A stretch of 64,000 nucleotides of DNA from contig CM035351.1 of the NCBI GenBank assembly GCA_020137815.1, positions 6,014,001 through 6,078,000 on the forward strand, written 5' to 3'. A program made the translations under genes and the position numbers. This document shows, one piece after another, positions 25,927-37,208 of this stretch; positions within the stretch are counted from its first letter, which is position 1, and each line of letters starts with the position of its first letter. Below the pieces are notes generated by a model. The model saw only the letters and a list, made by a program, of their open reading frames with translations. It was not told the DNA's origin and ran no database searches. This DNA comes from Hormiphora californensis. Lineage: Eukaryota; Animalia; Ctenophora.

Positions 25927-28900
25927 ATGTCTGATGGAGCACCAAAAGATGAACCAATACTTCATCCCCTGACCGAGCGATCGAATAGTAGTCCTGCTCT
26001 TCCTTCTTTATCTCCATCTTTACAGGAACCTGCTCCTTCATCAAACTCTTTATCTGTTGAAGAACCTGCTCCTTCATCAAACTCTTTATCTGTTGAAGAA
26101 CCTGCTCCTTCATCAAACGCTTTATCTGTTGAGGAACCCGCTCCTTCATCAAACTCTCTATCTGTTGAGGAACCTGCTCCTTCATCAAACTCTCTATCTG
26201 TTGAGGAACCGGCCCCTTCATCAAACTCTCTATCTGTAGAAGAACCTGCTCCTTTGTCCAATTCGGCTCCACATAACCTTGAATCAGCTGACACGACCAA
26301 TGTTGCTCCATCCGCAAATAATGTTGACTCATTGCAAGAAACATCCCATACGGTTAACGGAGCATCCTCCCAGGAACCACCTGTTGAAGAGAAAGCAGCA
26401 GAAAACAGTGTATTTGAGCCCCTGATAACCAGGTCAGGTCGACCAAGACGGACGATCAGGCCTGTAAAGGATAAGAGCAAGCAAATAAAACTAGTTGACA
26501 GTGACGCCACTAGCAGTTCCGATGAGGACTGGAAGGGAGAAGATGAGGGTGATCAGAGTGGTGGTTCCGGTGGTGAGGAGGGTGAGGATGGTGATGAAGG
26601 TGACAGTGGGAGGGATAGTGATGGATCTGATAGTGAGGAGGAGAGTGCTGTTGAGACGGGGGATGATGATGAAAGCAAAGAGAACACGGAGCTCAATATT
26701 CCCCCACCCGATCCAAAAGATAACAAAGATGATGAAGAAGAAGGAGATAAAAAACCAGTGAACATCTCCGCGAAAGATCTTCCGTTTCTGTTTGCGACGC
26801 GAGCCCCCGGGAAGCGACGAGTTAAGCCCATTCAGTTCAGTAATGAAATAGCGGAGGCTGCTAAGGCAATGTCCAGTGATTCTAGTTCTGAGGACGAGGA
26901 ATGGAATGCGAGTAAGGCAGAAATTGAGGACCAGGTTGATGAAGAGAAGGAAGTGGGGAAGAAGAAAGAGGAGAAGGTAGTGAAGAAAGAGGAGCAGGAC
27001 ACAGTACCAGCCCGAAAGAGGGCATCCAGGGGTAAAAAGAAATCCATCGCACGTGTCATAACAGAAAAAGTCGACGAAGAAGAAGAAGAGGAAGAGAAAC
27101 CAAGTTTAGAACCTCCTAAACTAAATCTAGACGAGATGGAGGTGTTGTGTTCTGTATGTCTGGGAGACAGCGACGAAGATGATATGATAACATGTGACAG
27201 TTGTGGGGTTGCTGTCCACCATGGCTGCTTCACTGGGGAGGACTGGTCGGATGAGGAGGAGTGGGTGTGTGAGGTGTGCGTGGCTAATGATCCCGCTCCT
27301 CAATGCGAACTATGCCCCAACACTGGTGGACTAATGAAGAGCACAGACTCGGGGAAGTGGTGTCACATGCTGTGTGCGTTGTACGTTGATGGCATTGGAT
27401 TTGGGGATACCACCACATTGAGTCCCATTGTCACCACCGACATCCCACCCTCCCAGTTCGGTGCTAAGAGGTGTCATCTATGTGTGGATATCAGGTACGC
27501 CTACACGGGCCTCGTTCTCGACTGTGAGGCGGGTATGTGTAGAACCTCATTCCACGTTACTTGTGCCCAAATGTTAGGGTATCTTGAGGAGAAACCGGAC
27601 GAGGCAAGCAGCACGAAACCATTCTACGGGTACTGCAAAATACACGTGGACAAGGATGTCGCACGTGGTCGGAAGAAGGCATATCAACACCACGTGCAAT
27701 ATGAGATTGCTGCTAGGCAACGGGAGGTGAGTGGTGATGCAAAGAAGGTTATAACGGAACATCGAGAGAAGTTCCTAGCGGCCCGGTCAGAGCGGACAGT
27801 CCCCGCGGTCATGACTGAAAAACATCCCCGAGCCCTTTTTGGCTCAGTCTCGGCGTTCACCAAGTTGACTCGTAAGGCTGAGATCCACGGTTTGGATACC
27901 CATATTGTTCTAGCGGACGGGGGAGACATCACAGAACCGTCACGGAGGATAGAACCTGAACTCTCGGTTGGTTTTGTGAAACAACACGAGATGTACGTGA
28001 ACAGAGCACGTGTAGCTAGAGAGGAACAAAATGTTGCTTACCTGAAACAATTAGAGTACAGGGAGGAGGAACACCAGCTCCAGGCTGAGGTTGAGGAGCT
28101 CAGGAAACACTTGTCGGACATGCAAAAGAAGACTTCACGTGTTAAAAAGAAGGTTGAATCAGTTTGGAGATTCCTTAACATTGCCGCTCCCCACCAGTTC
28201 ACCATTCCACAGTGTCTTTATGAGAATAATATTGAGCTGCACGACTCCGTGATACAGCAGAAACTGGGTCTGAAAACGTGCGATATCTGTAAAATGAGCA
28301 CTACGCCAGAGAAAATGGTCGATTGCGACGAGTGTAAGATGTGGTTTCATTTTGGTTGCCTGGACCCACCTCTTACACGGAATCCTAAAATAAACAAATC
28401 CTGGGCGTGGCTTTGTACCAGATGTACGGACTCTGACTCGGATGGACCCCTTCACCCCGCAAAACGAAAGAAGACCAAACCTGAGACAAAGGGAAAAGAA
28501 GATAAGGAAGATGATAATGATACTTCAAACCGACGTTCCTCCAAGTTCGGTCGGACGATACGCAAACCAAAGCTCTTTGGGGAAGGGGAGAAGAAGAAGG
28601 AGCAGAAGAAGGAGCAGAAGAGTAAAGGAGCTGCAGCACAGCCGAAGAAAGAGGCAGTAAAACCAGCTCCGGTTGAAAAACCAACACCTGCAGCTGCCTC
28701 TGGTCGCATCTGGGAGATGGGATCGGTCGAGACAAAATGCCGAGTTTGCACTGCCTGTGATAGGTCCGTCAAGACCATCTGTTTCACCTGTAAACGAATG
28801 CTTCATGAGACTTGTGGCACGAAACCAGATGATGGGACTGCGGTGTACTGCCCAGTGTGTGTGGTGGCGTATAGAAAGGAACAGAGAAGACAGGAGAGGG

Positions 28901-29397
28901 TTGTGACCCCACCTCCCGAGGTAACTCCCGAGGGTATCGAGGAAGCAAAGGAGAAAAAGCGGAAGAGTGTCTTTGATCTTGAATATGGGTTGATGCAGAA
29001 GAAGAGGAAGGAGCTGACTCCCCAAAAGAGTAAGGTTGTGATAGTCCCGCCTACTGTCCGGAAACCCATCTCTCTGGCCGGTATATCAGTGCAGGAGTCC
29101 ATCAGAAGGCTACGGAATGTATTTCCTGAGGGACCCCCAAAACGAACCTTATCCAGTGAACCTTGTACAAACTCTCAAAATTCCGAATCTAAAGCCGAAC
29201 CATCTTCTGATAAGGTCGCCACTTTGGATGATAAAAGTGGTGTGATTTCGAGTGAAGTTCAGAAAGATCAGTCCGATGTGCCTGATAAAACAGGCGATAA
29301 AACATCAGAAAGTGGATCAGAGTGGTTTGTTGAGATCTCCCAGGATGGGCAAACATTGACTATCCAATCACGCCCTGAGGGTGAGGGGGAGATTTAG
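25927..29397 (+). CDS. PHF14: PHD finger protein 14-like, single exon
   Basis: Acidic N-terminus, PHD plus extended PHD (CELCPNTGG...WCHMLCALY...CEAGMCRTSFHVTCAQ), coiled coil, PHD (CDIC...HFGCLDPPL) and a further C-terminal PHD-like finger. ATG placed after acceptor tttacag (25917-18). Confidence 0.9.
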   Translation: MSDGAPKDEPILHPLTERSNSSPALPSLSPSLQEPAPSSNSLSVEEPAPSSNSLSVEEPAPSSNALSVEEPAPSSNSLSVEEPAPSSNSLSVEEPAPSSNSLSVEEPAPLSNSAPHNLESADTTNVAPSANNVDSLQETSHTVNGASSQEPPVEEKAAENSVFEPLITRSGRPRRTIRPVKDKSKQIKLVDSDATSSSDEDWKGEDEGDQSGGSGGEEGEDGDEGDSGRDSDGSDSEEESAVETGDDDESKENTELNIPPPDPKDNKDDEEEGDKKPVNISAKDLPFLFATRAPGKRRVKPIQFSNEIAEAAKAMSSDSSSEDEEWNASKAEIEDQVDEEKEVGKKKEEKVVKKEEQDTVPARKRASRGKKKSIARVITEKVDEEEEEEEKPSLEPPKLNLDEMEVLCSVCLGDSDEDDMITCDSCGVAVHHGCFTGEDWSDEEEWVCEVCVANDPAPQCELCPNTGGLMKSTDSGKWCHMLCALYVDGIGFGDTTTLSPIVTTDIPPSQFGAKRCHLCVDIRYAYTGLVLDCEAGMCRTSFHVTCAQMLGYLEEKPDEASSTKPFYGYCKIHVDKDVARGRKKAYQHHVQYEIAARQREVSGDAKKVITEHREKFLAARSERTVPAVMTEKHPRALFGSVSAFTKLTRKAEIHGLDTHIVLADGGDITEPSRRIEPELSVGFVKQHEMYVNRARVAREEQNVAYLKQLEYREEEHQLQAEVEELRKHLSDMQKKTSRVKKKVESVWRFLNIAAPHQFTIPQCLYENNIELHDSVIQQKLGLKTCDICKMSTTPEKMVDCDECKMWFHFGCLDPPLTRNPKINKSWAWLCTRCTDSDSDGPLHPAKRKKTKPETKGKEDKEDDNDTSNRRSSKFGRTIRKPKLFGEGEKKKEQKKEQKSKGAAAQPKKEAVKPAPVEKPTPAAASGRIWEMGSVETKCRVCTACDRSVKTICFTCKRMLHETCGTKPDDGTAVYCPVCVVAYRKEQRRQERVVTPPPEVTPEGIEEAKEKKRKSVFDLEYGLMQKKRKELTPQKSKVVIVPPTVRKPISLAGISVQESIRRLRNVFPEGPPKRTLSSEPCTNSQNSESKAEPSSDKVATLDDKSGVISSEVQKDQSDVPDKTGDKTSESGSEWFVEISQDGQTLTIQSRPEGEGEI
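26023..26270 (+). repeat. Coding 36-bp tandem repeat (EEPAPSSNSLSV, about 7 copies)
   Basis: Visible in the PHF14 N-terminus. Confidence 0.9.
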
Positions 29398-29532
29398 ATT
29401 CTTGAGTAGTGTGTTTTATTCTCTTATAATATACAATTTATGCATTTTTACAATCGACTTTCTTGCCGTTATGATTCGTGTTTTAATGCCAGACTCTCCT
29501 TTGTAATATCCTAACCCCCTCCCTTCCTCAGA

Positions 29533-30450
29533 ATGACTACAGAACCAGAGATACATCAAAGTGAGGATGAAGCAGAGATACAGCAAAGTGAGGATGAACC
29601 CTCCTCCCCTGAACCTAAACCCGATACCCAGCAAGGCGATGAAACCCCCAATCTCGAGCCAATAACCCACAAACATCATGTAAAAATGCAAAGGCTTGCC
29701 AAAAAACGCCGACTGTTTCTTGTCCAAAAACTTACCCGTCGAATCAAAGTACTGAAAGGAAAGAAGGGCACAGAACAGCAGGTATCCAAAAATCAAAGAA
29801 AAGTTGACCGCTTCGTCGCCAAGTTGGACGATATGAAACAGCTAAATTTGGAAAGTTTGATCGCAGAACTGGTATCAGATAACTTCAACCGACCATCAGA
29901 TCCAGAATCCTCCACCAGCTCCTGGTTCAAATCAGAACTCCTGGACGATAAATTCTCTTTCATGGCCTATGTGAATCCCCTGTTGGGTAAGGAGGCAGAA
30001 CGGAAACCACGACCTCCGAAGAAAGAGCGTCCCAAAGTGGAAGCAGCAGCAGATCATATTAAAAAGCCGTATAAAGAAGAGGAGGACGAGGTGTTACAGG
30101 ATATCCTGACGACAAGGAAGAACAGACCCGGACAACGGGCTCGGCAGAAACAGGCGGAAGAAAAGTATGGAGAGAAAGCAAAACATCTTATATTGACATC
30201 ATCAAAACCCCAACAGGGCAAGAAGCAGAAGAGCGGCGGAAAGGGGAATATAGTTGGAGCTAAGAGGAAACAGGATGCCCCTCCCAGTGCTCAGGAGATT
30301 ATGAAACGGCTCAAGGCGGAGGAGAAAATAAAACGAACTGAGAAATCAGAACACCCCTCGTGGCTTGCTAAGAAACAGCAGGCATCACAATCTGCTCAGA
30401 TAGACGTTTTCGCGGGAACTAAAACAACATTTGATGATGATAGTGATTAG
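29533..30450 (+). CDS. SRFBP1: Serum response factor-binding protein 1 / Bud22-domain protein, single exon
   Basis: KLTRRIKVLKGKKGTEQQVSKNQRK, KNRPGQRARQ...EEKYG, HPSWLAKK...FAGTKTTFDD. Confidence 0.9.
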   Translation: MTTEPEIHQSEDEAEIQQSEDEPSSPEPKPDTQQGDETPNLEPITHKHHVKMQRLAKKRRLFLVQKLTRRIKVLKGKKGTEQQVSKNQRKVDRFVAKLDDMKQLNLESLIAELVSDNFNRPSDPESSTSSWFKSELLDDKFSFMAYVNPLLGKEAERKPRPPKKERPKVEAAADHIKKPYKEEEDEVLQDILTTRKNRPGQRARQKQAEEKYGEKAKHLILTSSKPQQGKKQKSGGKGNIVGAKRKQDAPPSAQEIMKRLKAEEKIKRTEKSEHPSWLAKKQQASQSAQIDVFAGTKTTFDDDSD

Positions 30451-30537
30451 TTTTTTGTTTTAAATCACATATAATATTGTAATGACCCGGGTAATTTATT
30501 CAGTTTTTAACACCCATTTTAGAGATCTGAATAGTGA

Positions 30538-31515
30538 ATGATGTTGTTGTTCTCACGATGTACCCGACTTCTCTCTCCTACTGTCCGGTTCATGGGGTCC
30601 TGGGAGAAGCGTGTTGAAGACTTTACCCCCATCTCTATCACCTCTTCCACCCCTGTGTCTGTATCTCACTACAACTGGCAGGAAGACTCTGTTGCACCTA
30701 AAACCAAGATCACACACCCTGATACGTTATCTGAGGTGCGGCTGGGTGACAATAAACTTGATATTACAAACACTCACGCTACTGAGGGAATAACTGCGGA
30801 AATCCCTATAAAATCACCTTTAACGGTGTCAGTAGGGGGTGTCGCGGGTGTCAGTATCACCGGTCACGAGGCAGATGTCAAGATCACTACTGCTGAGGGT
30901 GGGTGTGAGTTGAGAAGTGTGAAATGTCAGGCTACTCACATCACCAGTAAGACAGGTGATGTGAACCTCAACTCTATTGTTAGCAACTGTGTAGTCATGA
31001 CAAAGGGTCACATATCAGCCCGGAAAATCCAGGGTGAGACAACGACCATTTCAAGTTCAACAGGGGACATCAAGATTGGCTCCCTCTACTCTCCCTCCAG
31101 CTCCTTATATGGTAAACACGGCGACATAACGGTGGACAACGTCCATGGTAACTGTAAGATAGTAACGGAGGGTGGTAATGTGGTGGTGGGCAGCTCACAG
31201 GATAACCTCCACATTGTATCCAGAGGTGGTGATATCAAGGTGACACTCCAAGACATTGATCGGGAGGTGTTGATTGAAAGTTATGGAGGTGCGGTGAGAG
31301 TTGCTCTAACCGAGGCTGTGTGTGGGAAGTGTGCGCTGAGTATTAGGTCGACTGGCCAGGCCCAGGTGTCACGCAGGGTTCAGGATTTGTTGGAGGAGAA
31401 TCAGGAAGGGGCAGGGGCTGTTGTCGGGCTGTCAGTTTTTAGTGCCCCAGTAACCGTGGAACTAGCTAAAGGGTGGGGAGAGGATCTGTGGGAGAAGATG
31501 AAGAAATTGGAATGA
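30538..31515 (+). CDS. FAM185A: FAM185A-like (DUF4097 beta-repeat) protein, single exon
   Basis: Mitochondrial presequence-like start and repeated T/S-x-x-G-D-I beta motifs (GDIKIGSLYS, GDITVDNVHG, GGNVVVGS). Confidence 0.75.
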   Translation: MMLLFSRCTRLLSPTVRFMGSWEKRVEDFTPISITSSTPVSVSHYNWQEDSVAPKTKITHPDTLSEVRLGDNKLDITNTHATEGITAEIPIKSPLTVSVGGVAGVSITGHEADVKITTAEGGCELRSVKCQATHITSKTGDVNLNSIVSNCVVMTKGHISARKIQGETTTISSSTGDIKIGSLYSPSSSLYGKHGDITVDNVHGNCKIVTEGGNVVVGSSQDNLHIVSRGGDIKVTLQDIDREVLIESYGGAVRVALTEAVCGKCALSIRSTGQAQVSRRVQDLLEENQEGAGAVVGLSVFSAPVTVELAKGWGEDLWEKMKKLE

Positions 31516-31603
31516 AATTATGGAAAATCCCGAAGTGACCCTGAAGTGACCCCGAGGTGACCCTGAAGTGACCCCGAAGTGACCCCGATGGTCCTATGTT
31601 ATA

Positions 31604-31775
31604 CAGTCGGACCCCGATTTAACGGCCCCCGATTTAGCGGCACCCCGATTTAGCGGCAGCATAATCTTCCCCCGATATAGGAAATTAACCTTATTTGACC
31701 CCGATTTAGCGGACACCCCGATTTAACGGACAAGAGCCTTTCCCCCGAGGGTGCCGTTAAATCGGGGTCCGACTG
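31604..31775. mobile_element. Tc1/mariner-pogo type MITE
   Basis: TA|cagtcggaccccgatttaacggc ... gccgttaaatcggggtccgactg|TA. Partial relative at ~23522. Confidence 0.85.
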
Positions 31776-32017
31776 TACTACCAAACTCTGAATTGGTAAG
31801 GTACTTACAATTGAGTACAATGGAACTGTTATATTGCGGGCCCTAAAATCGGTGTGAATGTACACTTTATAATAGAGTTTGAGTTTTGGGAGTTTGTTTA
31901 TATTTTTTGTGTGTCTCTCTGTTTTCAAACAATACTGAACATTTGTGAACAACCCCGAAATCATCCCACCTCTTTTACCCCCTACTCTAATTAATACCTC
32001 TATTATTAGCTGCAATC

Positions 32018-34662
32018 ATGAATAATGTTATGTATGTAACGTCTCCCGACCTGATCAAGTGTGCATCTTTGCTTCCAAAGATTCAGGGCAGGGCAGACCT
32101 AGTCGCAGGACTGATATCTGCATATGGCCTGGAGGATAAGATGGAAATTGTGGAACCTACCCCCGTCTGTGGGTATTAACTAGATTTATTTAATCATTTG
32201 AAATACGTTAATTATTGTCGTTACTTGCACTTACATTATAACTTTAATTACATACAGTCCTAATTAACAGTATTTATTGTCAGGTTACAGCTAAGGGAGT
32301 TTCATTCAAAGGCATACATTGAGGCTTTAGAGGGCCCAGAGGAACTGACAGACAAGGAAATGGCACACTTCGGGTTGGGTATGTGGAATAGAAGTTCTAT
32401 CTTTAGCTTGGGGTGGAGACATGTTCGGGGTGCGGGGTTCATTGATAAACACAGGTTATACCTTTCCTAGTCAAATACCACTTCCCCATCCAGAGTTTGA
32501 CTGTCCCCCCTTCCCACGGATGTACGATGCTGTGTGCCAGATAGCTGGGGGCACCCTAGCTGCAGCGGAGGAGCTGACATACGGACAAACAAAGGTATCA
32601 CCACACAACCACCATCACTGTCATGAGAATGGCACAAGGGGTGTCACACTAGCCTGGCAGTGGGTGGAGGAGGGCGCGGGGTGTACCGAGTGGAGGGGTG
32701 CGCGCGAGTGGAGTTCAAGCCCGGGGGATTAGCGCGCGCCAACACCCTGTTCTGCAGTTGGGGCCATACCTCCCAGGAAATTAAGTATGTACCTTTGGGG
32801 GGCGCTGGGTGAGGTTCCAGGCATGTAGGGGAAGTTTTGAAAGTGGTGGGGCCAAATTTTGTTGGTCACGTGATATGACATACACTGACTTTTCTATTGA
32901 AAATTTGATTAGATCGGGCGAAGCGACAGCGGAGCCCGAGAAAATTTTTCGATTTTTAGGCCAAAAAGTCATAGTTTTTGTCTAATCATGAAAAGTACTG
33001 GGGCCATTTCCTGAAAAGTACTGGGGCCATGGCGTACCCTGCCCCCCCCCCTTCCCCTACATGCGTGTGAGGTTCCCAGCCACATCATAATGTTTTTTAG
33101 AATCTCTAGGCTTGCCCCTTTCAGGTGGTACCAAATTTTACCGGAAAAACTCAATTTCATTTTTTTTCCATCGTGTTAAAACCCTTATTTCCGGTTCAAA
33201 AGTTTATCTGTCGCTATTTATACTGTAATGTGTCCATGGGGAAAACAATTTTGGTCATACTAGATCTGGAATTGTGCTCATTCAACCCTTTATGATGCGT
33301 GGGTTGAGTGCCCCATTTTGGCCACTCTAGAAATAGATAACGAAATTTTTGATTTTTCTTCATTTAGGGATTTCTGGAGATATTAATTAAAGACATTTGA
33401 GTGTCACAAATCGAGATCATTGCACAACATTTTATTTGTCTCTAACCTCTGAATTCCCGTCCTCCAGGTAGCGATTAACTGGTGTGGAGGGTGGCACCAT
33501 GGCCAGCCCCACAAAGCTGAGGGGTTCTGTTACTTGAACGATTGTGTCCTCGCCATTCAGTACCTTCTACAGCACTTTAACAGGTTTGGGATGGGATGGG
33601 GCCTATCATGGGTGACACTGTCTTGACTCTTGAACAGCTCTGTTCAAGAGTCAAGATCTAACTCGGAACGCAGGAAACAGGGTCGAGCAAGGCAATCACA
33701 AATACCAAGTTTAGTACAGCAATTATCAAGTAATGTTATTTTGTTTAATCCCCCATGTCTAACTCCCCCAGGGTGCTGTATGTTGACCTTGATCTGCACC
33801 ATGGTAACGGAGTAGAAACAGCATTCGAGCAGTCCCGGAAAGTCCTCACATACTCCATTCATAAGCACGAAGTTGGGTTTTACCCAGGTTCGGGGGATTT
33901 GTCTAGTACAGGAAGTGGACGGGGCGCTGGGTACTCTGTTAATATTCCCCTACATGATGGGGCCGGGGATTCAACTCTTGAACAGGTACTGTTCAGTGGT
34001 ATGTTCCAGCCAGTACTTAGTACTTTGTTATGTTCAAGCAAAGTACTGAGTAATCAATTGAAGACGCCTGATATAGTTCAGCCGAAAGCGTCTGATATGA
34101 GTCCTGATATTCTTAGTACACTGCTAAATCGCTGTAGTACTCAGTGTTGACGTGTATTTCCAGGTGGTTAGGGGTACCCTGGACAACGTGGTTAAGCGGT
34201 TTAAACCCGATGTGATTGTGTGCCAGTGCGGTGCTGATGGAGTGGCCGGGGATCCACACAAGGTTACAATACTTTTTGATTTCTCTGGGAGTCACTTCCA
34301 AAACTCGTCATTAGACAGTTCGCGACTCATTCCCAAACCCCTTTCAGGCATTTTACTATACCCCTGCCGGTCTCTCCTGGGCTGTACAGCGGGTTGTCGG
34401 TTACAGGTTACCCACCCTTCTTCTTGGTGGCGGTGGGTATAACCTACCTAACACCGCCCGAACCTGGACTCAAATAACTGGAGATGTACTGGGTATATCT
34501 TTACCGACGGACATCCCAGAACATGCCCATTTTGAGAGTTATTCGCCCAGTTTTGACCTGTCAGTGAATGAGGGAGTCACCAGGAAGGATTCAAACTCTC
34601 CTGAGTATCTTGAGAGTGTTATAGACTCTGTAAATAGAAACTTAAATGCTGTTGTGACTTGA
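32018..34662 (+). CDS. HDAC8: Histone deacetylase 8 (7 exons)
   Basis: PKIQGRADLV..LISAYGL, FDCP, AINWCGGWHHG, GFCYLND, YVDLDLHHGNG, SIHKHEVGFYPGSG, QCGADGVAGDP, GGGGY. Confidence 0.93.
32819..33066. mobile_element. Mutator-like MITE in an HDAC8 intron
   Basis: TIR aggcatgtaggggaag / cttcccctacatgcgt with 10-bp TSD gtgaggttcc (32809-32818, 33067-33076). Confidence 0.75.
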
Positions 34663-34827
34663 ACCAGATAAATATATTTAACAGGACTAATGTATAAACA
34701 CGACAAATTGACATATCATTGTATTCCCACTACCCAGTCACTTTCCAGATGTTTTATTCTCATAGAAACTAACATTATTAGTGACTACACTAGTTACTAT
34801 TCCCCAACTACCTGCACTATTTCTAGC

Positions 34828-35713
34828 ATGATGGCAGGTGACGCTCCAGAGATTAATGCTCTGAAGGCTGGTCTGGCCACATTCAGCCGGTTATTCGATC
34901 ATCGTGCTGTTATTCAAGGTGAGAGAGAGATGGAAGGAGCGAATCTACCGGGGAGGTGGGGGGAGTTGCTGAGAAGGACATCTAGAGAGTTTTTTAGGTG
35001 TCTCATTATCCTAACACAGTGCTAAGTTGTTCCTGGCGGATCTGGGCAGGATACAAGCATAAGTACTACTTTTTAAGAAGTATTGTTTTGTCTAACATCT
35101 TCACTTCTATATCAGGTGAAGCCAGGTTCTTTGTGGAGGAGATACAGAACAAGAGAAAGTGGACCGAGGTAGATCAGATAAGGGAGTGTAACGAGATTCT
35201 AGATAGACACTGCAACACATCCCTCCCCTCGGCTGCAAAGGGAGCTGATTCTCACCTTCAGAGGCTTGATTCAACCGTTCTCGAGCTTACCAAGGTAAAC
35301 ACCGCTGACACACTGATACAGTATCAACTTTCTCAAAAAATACACTGTCAAGTGACTCAAACTTTTACGTGAAGTCGTGGAACAGAAATGAAATAAAACT
35401 CTGTGCAGAGTGCAGACTACAGACTACAGACCCCCCTACTGTCACATTTACTTATTTGTTATCCACCAAACACCCGCCCTGTCCCACACCCATCACCCTT
35501 GTAATACCCCTGTAGTTGTGTGATTTGATCCTGCCGGACTCTATAGAACCTGACCCGGAGGAGACATCCCTTCCTGGTAAACCACAACCCGGAGAAGACA
35601 CTGAATGGGATACCTTTATGGAGGGAATTGAGGCTGAGAAACGACAAATTGACCAACTTTTTGACCAGGAAATTGAACAATTCAAGATCTATCTTGAGCG
35701 GCATAAAAGTTGA
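34828..35713 (+). CDS. BLOC1S5: BLOC-1 subunit 5 (Muted), 3 exons
   Basis: FSRLFDHRAVIQG|EARFFVEEIQNKR matches the Muted N-terminal motif. C-terminal coiled coil WDTFMEGIEAEKRQIDQ. Confidence 0.85.
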
Positions 35714-35920
35714 GGGTTGATGATAATTGTTTTGTGCATGCTGGTCACTGCATTTGGAAAAGGAGGGTTGTTTGTGTAAAATTGTTTTGTATTCTTGTAT
35801 GTGATTTCACCCGATCATTTAGATTTCAAAGTACCTCTCCCAATTTTCAAGCTGCTCTCTGGGGTTCATAATACCCAACCTCTACCACTATTCAACACTA
35901 TACTACCCTCTCCTAGTATC

Positions 35921-37166
35921 ATGTTCTCATGGGTTAAAGATAAAGTGTGCCGATACAAACGGGGCCTGGCGGTAACAGCAGCAGCAGGGGCGAGCATAGC
36001 TGGTCTGGGATTCTGGGTTACCTCTCAATTGGAGCTATGGCAGCGGGAGACCATGACCAACCTTCTGAATCATGGGAGATTGGATAATCATCTGCTGATG
36101 TTCTCACAAAACATGTCCGATACTCTTACCAGGTATGTGGATTGTGGGTACCATGGTAACCAGGTATTTGAACTCAGAATTCTGCCTCCTGGTTACCAAG
36201 GTAATCAAGTTTCTAACAACCTACTACCCCAGTGACCAGTCACACCATATCCCGATCCTCCCCCCTCTCGATTCTCCCTTCTCCTCAGGTACTACGGGGT
36301 GCTCCTCCGCAAGATAGAGCAAGCAGTGGACACTGACAAGACCATCCTCGCACTGAAAGACAAATCCATCCCGAAGGTGGAGGGGTTCGAGCGCCTCCGA
36401 AGTGAAGTCTTCCTAAAGCTCCTCATCACCATCCACTCAGCTTCCCTCATATCCCTGTTCACAGCGGTCCAACTGACAGTGGTATCTGCTAACGGACATC
36501 TCTCGGAGGAGACAGTCAGGGAGTATCTTGGTCTGATATCAGGTGTGGTAGAGGCGGCCATTAAATCCCTTCACCAGCAGTATGGGGGTGTGGTGGGGAG
36601 AGTTGCTATGGAAACACCCCTGGACAAGGAAGTCTCCCACTCTGACCTGGTGGGTCTGGTTGGGGAGTGTTGTGGGGAGGTAAGTGGAGTGGAGATGGTG
36701 GCTTCTGTTATCTGCCTCCAGCCGCAGGAACAGGAAGCAATTAGGAGGATGGTGGAACAGACGCTGGATATAATTGATAGTGATGATTACAGGTATGGGG
36801 GCTGTGGTGTCCATATTGCTGTTCATTCTGTGTTTGTTGTTCATGATGTTGTTGTTCTTGATTTTGTATCACAATTGAGCCTAATCTCAGTGTCAGACGT
36901 CAGTAGACATTAAACCCGTTGTAACCACCTCCCTCCGCAGGAACATTTACAACTGCTCAGTGAGAGAGTGCACGGACCAAGTCAACTGCCAAATCCTCAA
37001 CATTGTCCAGCATGACAGGGCACCCCTGGTTAAGGTCCTATCAAAACTTTCTAAAATCCCGGGATCCCTCCTGGCGTCAGAGGAATTTGTTAAGAACTCA
37101 ACAAGCCGTGAGATAATGACATTCAGTTCCAACATCTTTGATGCTCTGAGCAGAACAATGTTATGA
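35921..37166 (+). CDS. PEX3: Peroxisomal biogenesis factor 3 (3 exons)
   Basis: MFSWVKDKVCRYKRG plus a TM segment, then L...I...VDTDKTILALK...KVEGFERLRSEVF, QTLDIIDSDDY and PLVKVL. Confidence 0.8.
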
Positions 37167-37208
37167 GATGTCATTGACTGATGATTTATCTGTTTGGTTA
37201 CACGTTAA

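Noticed and set aside
25913-29796. Antisense and alternate-frame ORFs over PHF14 and SRFBP1
   Set aside because: Shadows of long, low-complexity coding sequence.
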